The translations under genes and the position numbers were made by a program. This document shows, piece after piece, positions 48,167-56,677 of a stretch of DNA of 64,000 bases. The stretch is from Thermodesulfobacteriota bacterium. Its GTDB lineage: Bacteria; Desulfobacterota_D; UBA1144; Nemesobacterales; UBA2774. Each line of letters opens with the position of its first letter. Within the stretch, counting starts at the first letter, position 1. The notes under the pieces were generated by a model. The model did not search any database, was not told where the DNA came from, and saw only the letters and a list, made by a program, of their open reading frames with translations. The stretch lies in NCBI GenBank assembly GCA_041753155.1, contig JBGSVA010000004.1, positions 2,883 to 66,882 on the forward strand, read 5' to 3'.

Positions 48167-49636
48167 TTACATCTCCTCGGGAGGGCAATCGTCGGCAAAA
48201 CAGGCCTCGAACACAGCCATCATGCCGTTATCCTCGTGCTGCCCGATGTGGCAATGGTAAACAGCCTTGCCCTCTATGATCGGGTTCGTGAAATCGATAA
48301 CCACCACGACTTCGCCCGGCCCTTCAAAGTCCGGGTCCTGTCCCTGATAAGGCAGGTTCACCGTATCCTGATGTCCAACGAACGGCTGCTCCACACCGTT
48401 AATCTCGCACACCTGAAAGTCAGTGAGGTGAATGTGGAACACGTGGAGCTCCTGCGACGTATTTTGAAGCGTCCACCTCTCGAGGTCTCCTATCCTGACG
48501 ACCGTATCGACCCGTTCGGGATCGAATTCCTGACCGTTAATAAAGAATGTGTCCCCGTCCTCCGTTTCTGAGAATACGAAATTCCTGCTCCTCTGGACCG
48601 GCTGATCGCAGAGATTCTCCACGACCGGGAATTCGGCTTGCGAAATAGGCAGCTCGATCGGGTCCTCGACAGGGTCGCCCTCGACGACCATTGTCAGCAC
48701 AGTCTCACCGCCGTACTGGTCACCCTGGGGCCCGGTGCTTATCTTCTTCGCCCTGAGCTTGTAAGTCCCCGGTTCGCCCCCCTGAACCAGTACCCCCACC
48801 CGGGAAGCGGTCGGCATATATTCCTCGTCCTTTACCACTGTCTGGTTATGCCTGTTCCCGTCTCGTTCAATTTCATAGAACATATGGCCGTCGAGCACGA
48901 GGTTATAGTAATGGTCAGCGCCGATGTTGGCGATGTGCCAGAACTGCGTCTCGCCCGGGCGTATAGTAAGCACAGGGTTCGTCTGTCCGTTGACCGTAGG
49001 GTTCGTAGGCGCGCTGATATCTATATCAGCCCCCTGCGGCACCACGCCGTCTATTATCTGCACGTCCTTCAGATACATGATCTGCTGCTTGATGCCCTCT
49101 AGCTGAGGGAATGGGGCGAGCACTCCGTTAACGATGAGCCCCCCCGAAAGCCCGCTCATGATCTGATATTCCGTGAGACCGAAGAGGTGGGCGTGGTAAT
49201 AGAACATTCCTTCCGGGTGGTCTTCGGGGATTTCGACTTCGTAGTCGAAGCTTCCCGAGGGCGTTATCATGATGAATATATCGTCAGAAGGGCTTAAGGG
49301 GCTTACGTTCATGCCGTGATAATGGACGTTGGTCATCTGGTCGATAAAGTTTCTCACCCTGAGCCTTATCGTGTCTCCAGGATTTACCCTCAGCACGGGG
49401 GGGGTATAGAGACCGTTATAAGTGGGGCTCATGAATTCTTTACCGTTCACCTCATTCTGAGAAAACAGGACATCGAATTCTTCGTCGATCACACCCCCCA
49501 CGCTGGATATGATGGGAGGGTTCCGGAAGGTCTCTCCGAGAGGCTTATGCTTGTTGTTCTCACAGCCGCTTACCGACAAAAATGAAATAAAGAAAACAAT
49601 TAACAGTGTGACCGCAACATTGGAATAATTTCGCAT
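48167..49636 (-). CDS. Multicopper oxidase (lipoprotein)
   Basis: Copper motifs HYHG, YHAH, HVFHIH, HCHIGQHEDNGMM; lipobox VSGC. Confidence 0.93.
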   Translation of the reverse strand: MRNYSNVAVTLLIVFFISFLSVSGCENNKHKPLGETFRNPPIISSVGGVIDEEFDVLFSQNEVNGKEFMSPTYNGLYTPPVLRVNPGDTIRLRVRNFIDQMTNVHYHGMNVSPLSPSDDIFIMITPSGSFDYEVEIPEDHPEGMFYYHAHLFGLTEYQIMSGLSGGLIVNGVLAPFPQLEGIKQQIMYLKDVQIIDGVVPQGADIDISAPTNPTVNGQTNPVLTIRPGETQFWHIANIGADHYYNLVLDGHMFYEIERDGNRHNQTVVKDEEYMPTASRVGVLVQGGEPGTYKLRAKKISTGPQGDQYGGETVLTMVVEGDPVEDPIELPISQAEFPVVENLCDQPVQRSRNFVFSETEDGDTFFINGQEFDPERVDTVVRIGDLERWTLQNTSQELHVFHIHLTDFQVCEINGVEQPFVGHQDTVNLPYQGQDPDFEGPGEVVVVIDFTNPIIEGKAVYHCHIGQHEDNGMMAVFEACFADDCPPEEM

Positions 49637-49682
49637 ACATCCTCCTGTCCAAATCCTTGGTTATCTACATTTTAGGGACATT

Positions 49683-50312
49683 TTATTTTTCACGCAATAC
49701 TTTTTTTATATCGCTTGCGATACTTGCGGGCTCGAGGAGATAGTGAGGATAAGTCAGAAGCAGCGTCCCGTCCCTGTCAATGAGAAATACGGTGTTCGTG
49801 TGGGTCACGAGATACCTGTCCCAATGGTCCTTCTCGCTCCTCCCGTAGACCTCCTGGTGCTTTACAACCGTTACGCCGTAATCCCTGGCGGCCTTCTTAA
49901 TCCCCTCCGGAGAGCCCGTAACTCCGATGAAGCTCTTATTAAAATATGGCACATATGTTTTGAGCCTTTCCGCCGAGTCCCTCTCCGGGTCGACCGTAAT
50001 GAACAAGACCTGCACGTCTTTCGCTTTATCCCCCAGATTCTCCATCACTTGATTTAGCTTTGAGAGGGTTACCGGGCATACGTCCGGGCAGTTCGTGTAC
50101 CCCCATTCTATGAGGACCACCTTATCGCGGAACCTTTTGAGGGATATGGGGCGTCCGTCCTGATCGACCAGATTGAATTCGGGGGCCTGCCTCTTGTAAG
50201 TCTTACCGAAGTATTTCTCCGCAAGGTCGTAATTTAGAAGCACGTACGCAAGGAAAGCCCACCCGACGACTGCAGCTGCAAGTATCGATAGTAACAGGAG
50301 TTTCCGTTTCAT
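49683..50312 (-). CDS. SCO1/SenC copper chaperone
   Basis: GYTNCPDVCP, FITVDPERD, THT; upstream of the multicopper oxidase. Confidence 0.92.
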   Translation of the reverse strand: MKRKLLLLSILAAAVVGWAFLAYVLLNYDLAEKYFGKTYKRQAPEFNLVDQDGRPISLKRFRDKVVLIEWGYTNCPDVCPVTLSKLNQVMENLGDKAKDVQVLFITVDPERDSAERLKTYVPYFNKSFIGVTGSPEGIKKAARDYGVTVVKHQEVYGRSEKDHWDRYLVTHTNTVFLIDRDGTLLLTYPHYLLEPASIASDIKKVLREK

Positions 50313-50426
50313 AGAGTAGAATTCAGTACATTATAACCCAGTGTCCGTAAACAATGGAGGGCTGATTTATATGCCCGGAATATATTATTGTGGAATATAC
50401 AAACGACATTGATTAAACTTTATCAT

Positions 50427-50867
50427 ATGAAAAAGAGGGGATATTTATTATTTGCTTTGATGATCACGTTCATCGGTATGGAGTCTTACGCCCAGAACCC
50501 GAACGATTCGGATAAATTCAGCTATGACAGCAACCAGGTCCTTCACCCGGAATGGTACATAAAAATAACGGACTGGTCGTTCTATACGGCTGCGAGGGTC
50601 GCAATACTGAGCTCCGTCACGATTGAAAACACCGCCGACGTGACGTACAAAGACGTACGTGTCAATCTTATATATACCTCATATTCAGCGCCCGCCGCCG
50701 GTATAATAGCCACATCGACCGGAATGCTCCCGGTCACCCTTCCCCCGAAGAGCAAAATGACCTATTTAAAGGGCGGACAAACTATGGGTGCGGGCAACCA
50801 GAACTACAAGCTAAGCGATATAGTTGTGTTGTCCGCGACACCCGTCAAGCCCGGACAAGAATATTAA
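50427..50867 (+). CDS. Secreted hypothetical protein
   Basis: Signal peptide MKKRGYLLFALMITFIGMESYA. Confidence 0.65.
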   Translation: MKKRGYLLFALMITFIGMESYAQNPNDSDKFSYDSNQVLHPEWYIKITDWSFYTAARVAILSSVTIENTADVTYKDVRVNLIYTSYSAPAAGIIATSTGMLPVTLPPKSKMTYLKGGQTMGAGNQNYKLSDIVVLSATPVKPGQEY

Positions 50868-50873
50868 TTTGCG

Positions 50874-51506
50874 ATGAGAGATATTATCAAAATTTCAAGA
50901 CTCGGCACATCGTCTCTTTATTCCACTCTGATCGGGACAGCGGCGATAGCCCTGCTTACTCTACCTGCATTTTACATTCCGGCATCCGGGGCTGACTTAT
51001 CCGCAGGATCCGAACGGCCTTTTATTCAATATGACGAAAATGACATTGCTATTCCGCCCGAAGGCCAGGCTATGGACGAAACCGAGCCTTATATTGCTGA
51101 GCCCGATCCGTATGGATATGAATCCGAATATTATCCGGACGAAGAAATACCGGAGTACAGCCATCAGGAGGAAGAATTTTTATCGGACGAGCAACGGCCT
51201 CTAGTGGAGCAAGACGACCCTCTCGTCGACCAGCCCGCGCCGCTTGTCGATATGCCTGATCCCCTTCTCGACCATCCGGCGCCGCTAGTCGAGCAATCCT
51301 ACCCCCTTGTCGATCAGAACCCGCCGCTCGTTGAACAACCGGCCCCGCTCGTAAATCAGCCCGCACCCCTGGTACGTCAATCAGCCCCGCTTGTTAACCG
51401 GCCTGCGCCGCTGGTGCGGCAATCGGCCCCGCTCGTTAACCGGCCCGCGCCTTTCGTACGCCAGCCGGCTCCGCTCGTCAACCGTCCTGCGCCCCTGGTG
51501 CGCTAG
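50874..51506 (+). CDS. Secreted acidic / proline-rich heptad-repeat protein
   Basis: Signal peptide followed by about 15 xPLVxxx units. Confidence 0.7.
   Translation: MRDIIKISRLGTSSLYSTLIGTAAIALLTLPAFYIPASGADLSAGSERPFIQYDENDIAIPPEGQAMDETEPYIAEPDPYGYESEYYPDEEIPEYSHQEEEFLSDEQRPLVEQDDPLVDQPAPLVDMPDPLLDHPAPLVEQSYPLVDQNPPLVEQPAPLVNQPAPLVRQSAPLVNRPAPLVRQSAPLVNRPAPFVRQPAPLVNRPAPLVR
51195..51503 (+). repeat. Coding tandem repeat, 21-bp period
   Basis: RPLVEQD DPLVDQP APLVDMP ... APLVRQS APLVNRP APLVR; third codon positions vary. Confidence 0.85.
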
Positions 51507-51572
51507 GAAAGCCGGACTCAACGACTTGATGACACCCGGAAGTTTTTACGTGAGATGTATGTCAATGCCCTA

Positions 51573-51601
51573 TTGACAATTTTGCAAAAGGTAAATATAA
51601 C
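51573..51601 (+). promoter_or_regulatory. sigma70 promoter
   Basis: TTGACA-N17-TATAAC, supporting the ATG at 51630. Confidence 0.65.
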
Positions 51602-51629
51602 AACTAAAAGTAACAACAGGAGAGAAAGA

Positions 51630-52106
51630 ATGAAAAATACCCAACCCGGAATGTTACCGGGAAGCAACGTATTAATGTTATTGGCCCTCATAGGCCTTAC
51701 CGCGTTAACCATGAGCGCCGATATCTCCTATGCGTCTGTCTTTTCATCCGCTAAAGAGACGCCGCTCATACAATACGACGACGATGACATGGTCCCCCCC
51801 ATGCCGGACATGCCTCAGGCCCCGGGGCCCGGCGATATCGATGACCCGGCGCTGTCACCGGACAGCGTCATCACAGAGCCCGACCCGCCCATCGACCAGA
51901 CCGAGCCATACATCATAGACCCCGAGCCCGAGGTCGTCGATGAGCCGGTAATTAACGATGACGTGAACGTGATAAACGAGGGCGGAGGCGGCGATAGCGA
52001 AGCAGTCGAGGACGAGCCGGGACCCGCCATCGAAGAGCCCGAAGCCGTCGTAAACGAGCCGGACCCCGTAGTTAACCAGGACACGCCGATAGTGGATGAC
52101 GAGTAA
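51630..52106 (+). CDS. Secreted acidic proline-rich protein, paralog of 50874..51506
   Basis: AGGAG RBS, signal peptide, shared P(L/F)IQYD and TEPYI motifs. Confidence 0.7.
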   Translation: MKNTQPGMLPGSNVLMLLALIGLTALTMSADISYASVFSSAKETPLIQYDDDDMVPPMPDMPQAPGPGDIDDPALSPDSVITEPDPPIDQTEPYIIDPEPEVVDEPVINDDVNVINEGGGGDSEAVEDEPGPAIEEPEAVVNEPDPVVNQDTPIVDDE

Positions 52107-52234
52107 TCGTTAGTGCCCCCGGGCAGTCCTTTACGCGGCCAAGAAGCAGAAGAAGGTATATAAGTTAGTAGTAATTCCTTAAAAACCTGTTAAATTCTCT
52201 ACACATCGGAAAACGATAAAGGAGGTACGGAATA

Positions 52235-52582
52235 GTGCTATTCGATAGAAAGATTGAATTCAGCGATTCAAAAAAAGAAGAATGGGAGCTTCTGAGATCA
52301 AAAATCGGAACAGGGATCGAGCTGCCCCTGCCGGATTCCGAGCGCTGGTTCCATGCGCACGTCGACGGGGACGACATTATTGTGGAGAGCGCCAAGCTGA
52401 ACGTCCGCCCCTTAATGATCCATGACCCCATAAGAATAGACTTTCATGAATTCGGTATTGTCGCCAGACACTACAACAGCTTCCTCGAGCTCCAGGTCAG
52501 GACCATGAGCGACACACACGAGGTCAGGGACAAAGTGAAAAACCTCCGGTATGTATTCATGCTCATCTATCATTTGATATAA
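52235..52582 (+). CDS. Hypothetical protein
   Basis: AGGAGG upstream of GTG; no family recognised. Confidence 0.6.
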   Translation: MLFDRKIEFSDSKKEEWELLRSKIGTGIELPLPDSERWFHAHVDGDDIIVESAKLNVRPLMIHDPIRIDFHEFGIVARHYNSFLELQVRTMSDTHEVRDKVKNLRYVFMLIYHLI

Positions 52583-52774
52583 GATCTATAGACCTTCTTC
52601 TAACCTCCGGGGGATATACGAATATATCCCGGAGACGGAGGAGGTTCCGCCGCTCCAAAACTATATGAAGCGCTAATAGTATTTTAACACTGCTTTAACG
52701 GTTCCTTAATTTTTCTCATATAGTGTAATTATTCGCTGAAATTCTGAGAACCCATATCCCCGGAGACAGAGCCG

Positions 52775-53476
52775 ATGAGAAATATCGCAATACTGATAAT
52801 ATCCGCCGCTTTAACCACGATATATGCCGGAGTAATATCACACGCGCAGACGGAAGGCTTCAATGTAAAAACCCCAGTTCAGACCATATCCGACAATACA
52901 TCTAAACTGATCGACGAAATTTCGGCTGATGCGAAGAGAGAGCCGAAGACTTCCATTCCTCAAAATGTTGTATGCAGCGCCGCGTGTTATCTGGTCATTC
53001 CGTCCATCCAGGTCGTTTCCGGCAGGGACGATTTTGCTGGCACCGGCCTCCTCGGGTGCCGCCATGCGGATTCCGGGAAGCCGGCTCCTCCCATATTCTT
53101 CCAAATCGCGAACCTCGATTCGTTCAATGAAAACGGCGGGGGGCTCGTGATTTTCGTCATGGACAGGGCCGGAGTCAAGTCGATTCTTGGCGATCAGCTG
53201 CAGCTGACGTCAGGCAACACGAGCAGCGGCAAAGTCGGGGCTGAACCGGACGTTAAAAGCATGAAATCCTTCTCAGCATACTCCAGGCCCACAGACGGGA
53301 CGGTACAGCCGTTCGACGCGTCAGGCAGCACGCTCGTCTATGCCAGCGGGGATACTTTCAATGCGTATCAGCAGGACATAGACCCCGTAGACATAATGTT
53401 ATTCGGCATAGACGTCCCTCCGGTGCTGAGGGGATTCAACGATGCCCTCGAAGAGTGGAGAAAGGGGTGTAAGTGA
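52775..53476 (+). CDS. Secreted protein, divergent Ysc84/SYLF-like domain
   Basis: Signal peptide; SIPQNVV..A.C.LVIPS, G.GLL.CR, LVIFVM resemble the Ysc84 pattern. Confidence 0.55.
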   Translation: MRNIAILIISAALTTIYAGVISHAQTEGFNVKTPVQTISDNTSKLIDEISADAKREPKTSIPQNVVCSAACYLVIPSIQVVSGRDDFAGTGLLGCRHADSGKPAPPIFFQIANLDSFNENGGGLVIFVMDRAGVKSILGDQLQLTSGNTSSGKVGAEPDVKSMKSFSAYSRPTDGTVQPFDASGSTLVYASGDTFNAYQQDIDPVDIMLFGIDVPPVLRGFNDALEEWRKGCK

Positions 53477-53541
53477 GAACCGGAAGAACCGGCTCGCAGT
53501 GAGAAGTGATAGCCGATTACACTACCGCGCCTCTAACGCGC

Positions 53542-53745
53542 CTATTCAAAATAACAGACCCCTTCGCCGTCCTCTTCTTCGGGGTTAGACTGGCAGTAGC
53601 AAACCTCGATTTCCCCGCAGTCGAAGGAAGTGTTGCATTTCTTACCCTGATTGCAGTCGTCGCACTTAACGGGTCGAGCGCTTAAGTACATACCCGCGGC
53701 GGCAATTACAATCATGAGCGAGAGAGTAACAAATAGATATCGCAT
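53542..53745 (-). CDS. Small secreted Cys-rich protein
   Basis: GGAGG RBS, signal peptide, 7 Cys in about 40 residues. Confidence 0.6.
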   Translation of the reverse strand: MRYLFVTLSLMIVIAAAGMYLSARPVKCDDCNQGKKCNTSFDCGEIEVCYCQSNPEEEDGEGVCYFE

Positions 53746-53782
53746 ATCATATCCTCCCCTATTTATCCGATCATTATGCCGG

Positions 53783-55015
53783 TCAACGTCGCGACCTTCT
53801 CCGGAGCATCACGGCAAACGCCAGTGCCGGCAGGACCATCAGTATCTGAGAGCTGTCATCCGCGCTATGAGCAGCGAGAGCGCAGCTTGAGCCCCCGCTA
53901 TTTTTCCTCTCCCCGCAGAGAGTGCCGTTTATATCGCACTGGGGCGTTATCCCTACTTCCCTCTGTCTCTTGTTAAGACCGAACACAACCTCGTCGGTTT
54001 TATTACTCGCTTCGCACCCGCATATCTGGCTCGCGCAGCAGCTGCATCCGACCTCGGCTTCGAGCTTTACTATCTCGGAAATGTCGCAGCCCTGAAGCCC
54101 CGAGCACGCTTCCCCAACCAGATTCCTGTCGTTACAGCGCGACGTGCATAATGTCGCGTCGCAGGTGTATCCGGCTTGAACGTCGTTAGAGGTCAGACAT
54201 CCGCTATATTCTTCGCATACCTCGCCGCAGTCCACATTCGGCGGAGGAAGCGGAATATCCTCGGTGATCAGCGGACATCCGCCGAGGGATTCAGGCGCAT
54301 CGGGAATACAGCCTCCCGGCGGAGGGACCGGAGCGGTGCCGGTAATATTGGGGTTGTACGCGGCTGACCAAATGTGATCGTCCTCCAGCAGGCAGGCCTG
54401 ATCGTCGAGTCCCACCTGATATGGGCCGTCGTAGGTCGGGCACGTGCATTCGACGATCCCCTCTTCTCCTGTCCTGAGGCAGGGGGCCGTCATGCATCCT
54501 GCGTAGAGGGACTGCGGACAGTTCGTATCCCCTATCCCTTCTTCCGGAACGCAGTCGAAGCTGAAGACGGATATGGTGTCTGATCCGGGAATGAAGTTCC
54601 CGCTGTTTATCGATGCGCAGACGGGCGCCGAGTTCGTATCCTGACATCCGCTCCCGTCATCGCCGCAGGCATCGACGGTTTCAAGATACTCGTCGAGATC
54701 GAGTATCGCGTTTATATCGACGAAATATTTCCCGTACGCGATTTCGAAGCATTTGCAATTTGCGAACGTACCGTCTCCGGTAAGCACGCATGATTCGGGA
54801 TCGGGGCCGGAATAATAACATAGAGCGAACGGCCCGCCCTCGCACGGCAGGAAATTCGTGGGTTCGAGCAGTATGTCGGCAAATGCGGGGCCGAACGGGG
54901 TAGTCATCAAATCGTTAGGCACGAAGCTAAATCCCGCGTATGATCGCGGGATAAAGAAAAACTGGACGGCAAAAAGAACCACTATAAAAGAACGCAAAAA
55001 ATTCATGACTCGCAT
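53783..55015 (-). CDS. Secreted Cys-rich protein with C-terminal sorting signal
   Basis: Signal peptide, very many Cys, terminal GGSSCALA...hydrophobic helix...RRRSRR. Confidence 0.75.
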   Translation of the reverse strand: MRVMNFLRSFIVVLFAVQFFFIPRSYAGFSFVPNDLMTTPFGPAFADILLEPTNFLPCEGGPFALCYYSGPDPESCVLTGDGTFANCKCFEIAYGKYFVDINAILDLDEYLETVDACGDDGSGCQDTNSAPVCASINSGNFIPGSDTISVFSFDCVPEEGIGDTNCPQSLYAGCMTAPCLRTGEEGIVECTCPTYDGPYQVGLDDQACLLEDDHIWSAAYNPNITGTAPVPPPGGCIPDAPESLGGCPLITEDIPLPPPNVDCGEVCEEYSGCLTSNDVQAGYTCDATLCTSRCNDRNLVGEACSGLQGCDISEIVKLEAEVGCSCCASQICGCEASNKTDEVVFGLNKRQREVGITPQCDINGTLCGERKNSGGSSCALAAHSADDSSQILMVLPALAFAVMLRRRSRR

Positions 55016-55358
55016 CTCCTTATGACATTGAATTATCGAAATTAATCTCTTGCCGTCCGTCTCGATCGCGGTTCACATCCGGCGCTGATTAAACATTTCC
55101 CAAATTATCGGTCTCTTTCAATTTTATGTCAACACGGTCAATGAAACGGCTTCATTTCAGAAAGTGGATCGGAAGGTTTAACTTGCTCCGTCTAATAGAG
55201 AATTCGTAACGCCCGGTATATTTGTCTTCAAGTCACGACTGAACTCCCGGTTGTTGAAAATGCCTGGTGAATTATATACTGTATAATCTCCGATTCGACA
55301 CCCGGAGGCTTTACAGAGGTAGAATACGTACCTACTATTAAGAAAAAGGAGGGGTATT

Positions 55359-56195
55359 ATGATCATAACCGCACAAACTTTACTAAAGAAGCTGAGTCCA
55401 ATCTCGCTCTCGATAGTCATCACCGTGTTATTCGCAAGCTGCTGCTTATTCTTGCCGAATAATAAAGCCTTTGCTCAGGATGTAAATCCCAATATAGACC
55501 CCAAGGCTGCAGGCATTCTTCAGGACATGAGCTATTACATGGGCAGTCAGTACGAATACACATACAAGGCGGATATGATGTTCGACGACGTGCTCGAATC
55601 AAAGCAGAAGATTCAATACAACGGGGAAGAAACGGTATACTTGAAGAAGCCGGACAAATTCTACGCCGGCTATGTAACCGACCTCGGGGGATATAAGCTC
55701 TGGTATGACGCGGGACAGGCAACGCTCCTCGAAGTTCCGCTCAACGACTTTTCACTCGCAACGCTGCCACCTTCCGTTGACCAGGCCCTTAACAAGCTGA
55801 AAGAGGAATATCAGTTTACCCCTGCCCTGAGCGAATTCCTTTTTATAGACACGTACAAAGTCATGACGGCCAACGTAATTTCAGGCGCATATTTCGGTAT
55901 AAGCAAGGTGATGGGTGCAAACTGCCACCATCTGGTATTCGTCGAGAAGGAAATAGACTGGCAGATATGGATCGAAGTCGGTAAACGCCCGGTCCCGAGA
56001 AAGCTCGTGATCACGTATAAAAACATGGCGGAATCACCCCAGTTCATCGCGTTGATAAAAGACTGGGTCTTCGGGAAGCCGATCACGAACTTCGCCTTCA
56101 AGCCCGAAATACCCGACGTAAACAACCGCGTCGAATTCAATCAGATCACAGGAAACCAGAAGTTTAAGATCGGTAGTATAAGAGCGTTTGACTAA
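55359..56195 (+). CDS. DUF2092 periplasmic protein
   Basis: KIQY...KKPDKF, CHHLVF....IDWQIWI..G..PVPRKLVITYK. Confidence 0.82.
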   Translation: MIITAQTLLKKLSPISLSIVITVLFASCCLFLPNNKAFAQDVNPNIDPKAAGILQDMSYYMGSQYEYTYKADMMFDDVLESKQKIQYNGEETVYLKKPDKFYAGYVTDLGGYKLWYDAGQATLLEVPLNDFSLATLPPSVDQALNKLKEEYQFTPALSEFLFIDTYKVMTANVISGAYFGISKVMGANCHHLVFVEKEIDWQIWIEVGKRPVPRKLVITYKNMAESPQFIALIKDWVFGKPITNFAFKPEIPDVNNRVEFNQITGNQKFKIGSIRAFD

Positions 56196-56213
56196 GAATG
56201 GATACTAAAGGAG

Positions 56214-56247
56214 TAGTGAGCCGGGTACTCCGGCTCACTATTTTTTT
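56214..56247 (+). terminator. Intrinsic terminator between convergent genes
   Basis: TAGTGAGCCGG-GTACT-CCGGCTCACTA followed by T7. Confidence 0.85.
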
Positions 56248-56251
56248 ACCG

Positions 56252-56461
56252 TTAAGCCAGTACTACGTTCTGAGCCTGGGGACCTTTCTGTCCCTTTACA
56301 ACGGTGAACTCTACGCGCTGACCTTCTTCCAGCGTGCGGAACCCGGTCGCCTTGATTTCACTGTAGTGTACGAAAACGTCATCGCCGTTCTCGACTTCAA
56401 TGAAACCGAAACCTTTTGTAGAATTGAACCACTTTACAGTGCCAATTGTACGTTCAGCCAT
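56252..56461 (-). CDS. Cold-shock protein
   Basis: GTVKWFN..KGFGFI, DVFVHYS, GQKGPQA. Confidence 0.95.
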   Translation of the reverse strand: MAERTIGTVKWFNSTKGFGFIEVENGDDVFVHYSEIKATGFRTLEEGQRVEFTVVKGQKGPQAQNVVLA

Positions 56462-56677
56462 TTAGGGTGCTACCTCCTATTTTAAATTGGGTTGTGCAAG
56501 TGGTTCAAAATCGCTTTCAGATGGTGATCTTACATTTGACAAGAACTACTGCAACCTTAACTTTATTTTAACTTGTTTAATTCTGGCCGTCAACCTTTGT
56601 TAAAAAATCGGCCTGATGCAAACCGGAACGCGTCCCCCTCCCGTTCCGCGGTAAGTATCTTTAAGTGCTGTATTTCT

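Noticed and set aside
51195-51503. CRISPR array
   Set aside because: 21-bp period with no unique spacers, and variation follows codon positions; it is a coding repeat.
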